Assembly (NCBI GenBank): GCA_963765675.1
Contig: CAVXXK010000015.1
Location: forward strand, 1-64,000
Length of the DNA: 64,000 nucleotides
Direction of reading: 5' to 3'
From: an uncultured delta proteobacterium
GTDB taxonomy: Bacteria > Desulfobacterota > Binatia > Binatales > Binataceae
Below, in pieces: positions 60,035-64,000 of the stretch; the stretch's first letter is position 1; each line of letters starts with the position of its first letter. The position numbers and the translations under genes are program-made. Below the pieces are notes generated by a model that was not told where the DNA came from, ran no database searches, and was given only the letters and a program-made list of their open reading frames with translations.

Positions 60035-61708
60035 ATGATCCATCGCACCGATTGTCCGCCAACGAACCGGCGCTCCGCTCTGCTGCTGATTTTTCTCGCG
60101 GTTGTATTTGCGCGCCCTGCGGTTGCCGCGCAGACGCTGTATGTCGTCGATATCAATGACGCATCGGTCAAGATTTTTTCGACTTCAGCGAGCGGCAATG
60201 TTGCGCCGAATGGCACGATCAAGTCAATTTCATTCGGCACCTTGGGGCCGCATTACATCGCGCTCGACGCATCGAGGAACATGTGGATCTCGGACTCCAC
60301 TAACAACGCGATCTACGAGTTCCCCGCGAGGACTGCCGGCACGCCCCACACAGGAGCGGCTGCGCACATGTTCGTCGGCCTGGACACTTCGCTCAGCTCA
60401 CCGCATGGCATAATTTTCGACACGGTAGGCAACTTGTGGGGAGTCAATTGGACCGGGAATTCGATATTCGAGTACTCGGCTGCGCAAATCGCCACTCTAC
60501 TGGCCGGCGGTATCAGCGATGTTGCACCGGCTGTCACGATTTCCGGCCGGCGCACGCGAATGAACAACGCGTACGGCATCGCGATCGACTCGACCGGCAG
60601 GATCGTCGTCACTAACCAGACAGTTGGCGGTCTCATCAACGTTTACTCGGCGGGCTCATCGGGCAACGCCGCGCCTGTTTTCCAGATCACCTCGACCGCG
60701 ATCGCGAATGGTGAATACGGTCTGACGCTCGACAGCTTGGGAGATTACTGGGTCGCCGCTGTGCCAACCACCGGGAACCTTGGCCAGATTTTGAAGTTCA
60801 ATCCATCGAGTTGCAGCACCGGAACCTGCACGCTGAGTCCGATCCTCTCAATTTCGGGTGGAACGGTAGTGACTCCGGTCGGAATCGCGGTCGATGCATC
60901 GGGAGATATCTGGGCCGGAAATCCCGCGGGGAATGTGAAGATCAAATTTGTCAATCAGAGCGCGGCCTTCAACAACGGAGGCGAAAGCTGCTCGGGTTCG
61001 ATAACCAGCGGTTCCTACACCTCGAGCGCCGGAAATATGTTGGCGATCATGATCGAAACGCAAGGGACTACCAGTCCTACTATCAGTGGCGTAACCAACA
61101 GTAACGGCGACAAATGCCCCGCCGATGCCTCCCAGGAGGCTGGCAGCTCGGCACTGCGGCAAGCGATTCATCTGTGCCCCAATGTAACGTCCGGCGCTCG
61201 CACCGTGACGGTTAACTATACTGGCGGTGCGGGGACTTGTTATGTCTCGGGGCTCATAACCGAGTTTTCCGGATTCCCGTCGGCTGGAGCGCACTTCGAC
61301 CAGAAAGCGACGGCGAATTTCACTTCTCTGCTCAATACGGGTGCAACGGGGACGATGCAGAACTCCAATGAACTCGTTTTAGCGATGGGACAGATCTACG
61401 ATGCTGGTGGCGCATCATTCACGGATGGTCCTGCGCTCGGCTATGTAGCGCTGAACGGCGACAGTTTGAACTCGGGCAAGAACAAAACCGCGAACGCCTA
61501 TTACATCGAGACTGCGAATCCCAAGACGACGAGCACCAGTTGGACGGTGACTGCGACGGCTGGACGGGCATCGGTGTTCACTCTTTCTCCGGTTCCGAAT
61601 ATCAGTTCCTACGACAGCACCACGGGCGCATTGCTTTCGACAATTAGCGGAGACAAGACAACTCTCTACGCACCGCACGGCCTCGCTTTCGTCCCGCCGA
61701 CCCAGTAG
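60035..61708 (+). CDS. Secreted NHL-repeat protein with an inserted ~220-aa Ser/Thr/Gly-rich beta domain
   Basis: Signal peptide; NHL blades paralogous to the 56498 gene; ends PHGLAFVP. Confidence 0.85.
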   Translation: MIHRTDCPPTNRRSALLLIFLAVVFARPAVAAQTLYVVDINDASVKIFSTSASGNVAPNGTIKSISFGTLGPHYIALDASRNMWISDSTNNAIYEFPARTAGTPHTGAAAHMFVGLDTSLSSPHGIIFDTVGNLWGVNWTGNSIFEYSAAQIATLLAGGISDVAPAVTISGRRTRMNNAYGIAIDSTGRIVVTNQTVGGLINVYSAGSSGNAAPVFQITSTAIANGEYGLTLDSLGDYWVAAVPTTGNLGQILKFNPSSCSTGTCTLSPILSISGGTVVTPVGIAVDASGDIWAGNPAGNVKIKFVNQSAAFNNGGESCSGSITSGSYTSSAGNMLAIMIETQGTTSPTISGVTNSNGDKCPADASQEAGSSALRQAIHLCPNVTSGARTVTVNYTGGAGTCYVSGLITEFSGFPSAGAHFDQKATANFTSLLNTGATGTMQNSNELVLAMGQIYDAGGASFTDGPALGYVALNGDSLNSGKNKTANAYYIETANPKTTSTSWTVTATAGRASVFTLSPVPNISSYDSTTGALLSTISGDKTTLYAPHGLAFVPPTQ

Positions 61709-61784
61709 CGATTGATTTGGGCAGGGTGAGCGAAGAGCGCGATATTTCCGGCGCAGGATGCGCCAGCACGGATTGGAATGTCGA

Positions 61785-62642
61785 ATGACCACAATGCGTG
61801 AAAACTCATTGACGGAGGTCCGTGTTGAAACTCTGGTCGCGGAGGCGGTCCAAGCGGCACGAGAGTTTGTGGCTGAGCATTTTCCTGACTGTGCCGCGGC
61901 GGTGCTGTTTGGGAGCTTTGCGCATGGAGATCCAGCCGAGAATTCTGACCTGGACCTTCTCATTATCGAGCGGGGAAGGATCAGACGTTATCAGCGGCAC
62001 TTCCGAGAGCGTGATTGGTTTATTGATGTGACGGCCCTCTCACTTCGGCTGTGCACGAAACGCCTGCTCCGAAAGAATCCCTGCTGGCATCATCGCGATC
62101 CCGATTTCCCTCTCCTCATCGCCTGTGCGAGAGGAACCGAGTTAAAGGATGACCGCGGAATTATCCGAGAGCTGAGGCACGCGGCCAAACTAGTTCTGGA
62201 GAATGGCCCGGTTCCGCTGACCGCGCAGGAGATTTCAAACTACCGTTGGCTGATCACTGAAGGCTTGGAGGATTTTGTTGATGCTGAGGACCGCGCAGAA
62301 GCGTGGTTCACAGCTTTTCAAACAGTAATCGAGACCTCACGGTTCCTGTTGGGATACAACCGTCAGTGGACGCTGGAAGATCCGAGGTGGGTTTACCGCA
62401 ATATACGAAACTATGATCATGTGTTAGCTCGCGAACTTCTGGACGGTTTGGAGCGCTATAGCCGTAGTGATGATCGCGCTCAACTTGCGAGGCCGGTCGA
62501 ATCCATCCTGAACCTTGCCGGCGGCAAACTATACCGGGATAGCGACACAGCCTATCCGACAACGGCAATACAACAGGTTCTTCAGCATCCCTTCTACCTC
62601 ACCAAAAAGGCGGTCACGCTGGCACGCCGTGCTCTATCATGA
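61785..62642 (+). CDS. Pol-beta superfamily nucleotidyltransferase domain protein, copy 2 (start uncertain)
   Basis: VLFGSFAHG..SDLDLLII, FIDVT; colinear with copy 1 (CTKRLL, LLIACA.G.ELKDDR, ESILNL.GG.LYRD). Confidence 0.87.
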   Translation: MTTMRENSLTEVRVETLVAEAVQAAREFVAEHFPDCAAAVLFGSFAHGDPAENSDLDLLIIERGRIRRYQRHFRERDWFIDVTALSLRLCTKRLLRKNPCWHHRDPDFPLLIACARGTELKDDRGIIRELRHAAKLVLENGPVPLTAQEISNYRWLITEGLEDFVDAEDRAEAWFTAFQTVIETSRFLLGYNRQWTLEDPRWVYRNIRNYDHVLARELLDGLERYSRSDDRAQLARPVESILNLAGGKLYRDSDTAYPTTAIQQVLQHPFYLTKKAVTLARRALS

Positions 62643-62703
62643 AAGCTGACGACGGGAACTCCGCCGGCAATAGACTATACCGGGACTTTGCGATCGAGAT
62701 GCG

Positions 62704-63537
62704 ATGACTGACAAACAACAGAAGCGAGGTGGTCAACCTCGCCTACCAATACTCCTCTACCACAACGTCAGGCCGCTTCGGGTCAAGGATCCTTTCGGCT
62801 TGAGCGTTGCGCCTGACCAGTTCGAGCGGCAGATGCATTGGATAGCGAATCACGGGTATCAAACCATTTGGCCCTCAGATTGGCTTGCGGCGATGCGCGC
62901 AGGCACGCCGCTTTCCGAAAAGGCGGTCATGTTGACGTTCGATGACGGATACGCGGACTTGGTCGAGCATGCATTACCAGTTCTTCGGCGCTACGGATTG
63001 AAGGCCGCAGCTTACGTGGTGACGAAGCGGGTTGGTCTCACTAACACCTGGGATGAGGTGAACGGCCTCCGAACGATGCGCCTGATGAACGCAGACCAAA
63101 TTCGTGAATCGGCAGAGCAGGGTATCGAATTCGGCTCTCATACCCGCACTCATCCGCACCTCACCTCGCTGGACGAGCAGCGGCTCACTGATGAGATCGA
63201 GGGCAGCAGGGACGACCTGCAAACTCTTCTCGGAGGCGAGGTGCTGTCATTCGCCTACCCCTTTGGCGATGGCGCCCAGAGTAGCAATGTTCGCGAACAT
63301 TTGATCCGCACCTACCAACTCGGAATGACAATCTTCGAAGGGCTCAACTCGATCGAAACAAATCCTTACGAACTGCGCAGATTAGCGATTCTGCCAAGCG
63401 ATTCTCTACAGGTTTTTGAGCGCAAACTGCACTTCGAGAAAAGCCTCGTAACCCGGCTGCGCGAGCTTCTGCCCCGGCCCATCCGGGCTGCCGCGAGGAT
63501 GGGTCGACGCGCGCTATCCGAGCGCCTGGGGCAGTGA
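62704..63537 (+). CDS. Polysaccharide deacetylase (CE4, IcaB/PgaB-like)
   Basis: PILLYH, LTFDDGY, GSHTRTHPHL, FAYPFG. Confidence 0.93.
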   Translation: MTDKQQKRGGQPRLPILLYHNVRPLRVKDPFGLSVAPDQFERQMHWIANHGYQTIWPSDWLAAMRAGTPLSEKAVMLTFDDGYADLVEHALPVLRRYGLKAAAYVVTKRVGLTNTWDEVNGLRTMRLMNADQIRESAEQGIEFGSHTRTHPHLTSLDEQRLTDEIEGSRDDLQTLLGGEVLSFAYPFGDGAQSSNVREHLIRTYQLGMTIFEGLNSIETNPYELRRLAILPSDSLQVFERKLHFEKSLVTRLRELLPRPIRAAARMGRRALSERLGQ

Positions 63538-63613
63538 GACGCCCAAGAGGGTCCCTTGTTCGTCACACCCTGTCAGACCGGCTTTATCATCGCTCCGCAC
63601 TTTGAGCTCCGTC

Positions 63614-64000
63614 ATGTCTGACGCAGAAGTTCTCGCAAACCAATCACGAGTCTCTGTCGGCGAGACTTGCCCGCGCGTGTCCGTGATCATTCCAGTTTAT
63701 AACGGCGCGGACACGTTGGCGCGCGCGATCGATAGCGCGCTGGCGCAGACCTATACCGGCGGGATCGAGATCATCGTGGCCAACAATGGCTCGACCGATG
63801 GTACCGGCGAGATCATCGAGCGGTACGGCGACAGGATTGCCGCGATCGATGAACCAAAGCCTGGACAGTCGTCGGCTCGCAATGCAGCCGTCAACCGCGC
63901 GCGCGGCGAGTACATCGCCTTTCTGGACGCGGACGACGAATGGTTGCCGGAAAAACTCGCGCGGACCGTTCCGGTGCTAGATGAAAATCCGGGATGCGTG
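63614..64000 (+). CDS. Glycosyltransferase family 2, truncated by the window end
   Basis: Own translation: VSVIIPVYNG..SALAQTY..NNGSTDGT..ARN..GEYIAFLDADDEWLPEKL. Confidence 0.92.
   Translation, partial: MSDAEVLANQSRVSVGETCPRVSVIIPVYNGADTLARAIDSALAQTYTGGIEIIVANNGSTDGTGEIIERYGDRIAAIDEPKPGQSSARNAAVNRARGEYIAFLDADDEWLPEKLARTVPVLDENPGCV

Noticed and set aside
55349-62642. NTases as CBASS/CD-NTase or AbiE defence genes
   Set aside because: No effector, cap or antitoxin genes are adjacent and the context is polysaccharide biosynthesis; a defence role is not fully excluded.

Overview
GC-rich bacterial chromosomal window with a diderm envelope (BamD, TonB-dependent receptor, Wza). The gene families suggest Candidatus Binatia (Binatota); this is inference, not verified. 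In order it holds: the 5' half of a tRNA-Ser; small stress and membrane proteins; a TetR-LLM monooxygenase-hydrolase operon with a near-consensus promoter and operator; a metal/thiol-redox block (SCO, rhodanese, MauE/DoxX, a TonB receptor with a Fur-like box, an MsrPQ-like pair); an ECF42-like sigma factor with four DGPF/YciI domains; a dense mosaic of REP-like palindromes with three ~270-bp hairpin units around a BamD-AMIN fusion; a homoprotocatechuate (hpa) cluster interrupted by an orphan MNT antitoxin; an orphan Rieske gene; a split sigma54 two-component system around a secreted beta-helix protein; and the start of a surface polysaccharide locus. In that locus Wza, Wzc and an O-antigen-ligase-TPR gene are followed by two paralogous pol-beta-type nucleotidyltransferases that bracket two paralogous secreted NHL-repeat proteins. 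This cassette and the long-hairpin repeat family are the best candidates for undescribed systems. Several frameshifts, mostly small insertions, may be assembly errors. No CRISPR array, transposase or prophage was seen.
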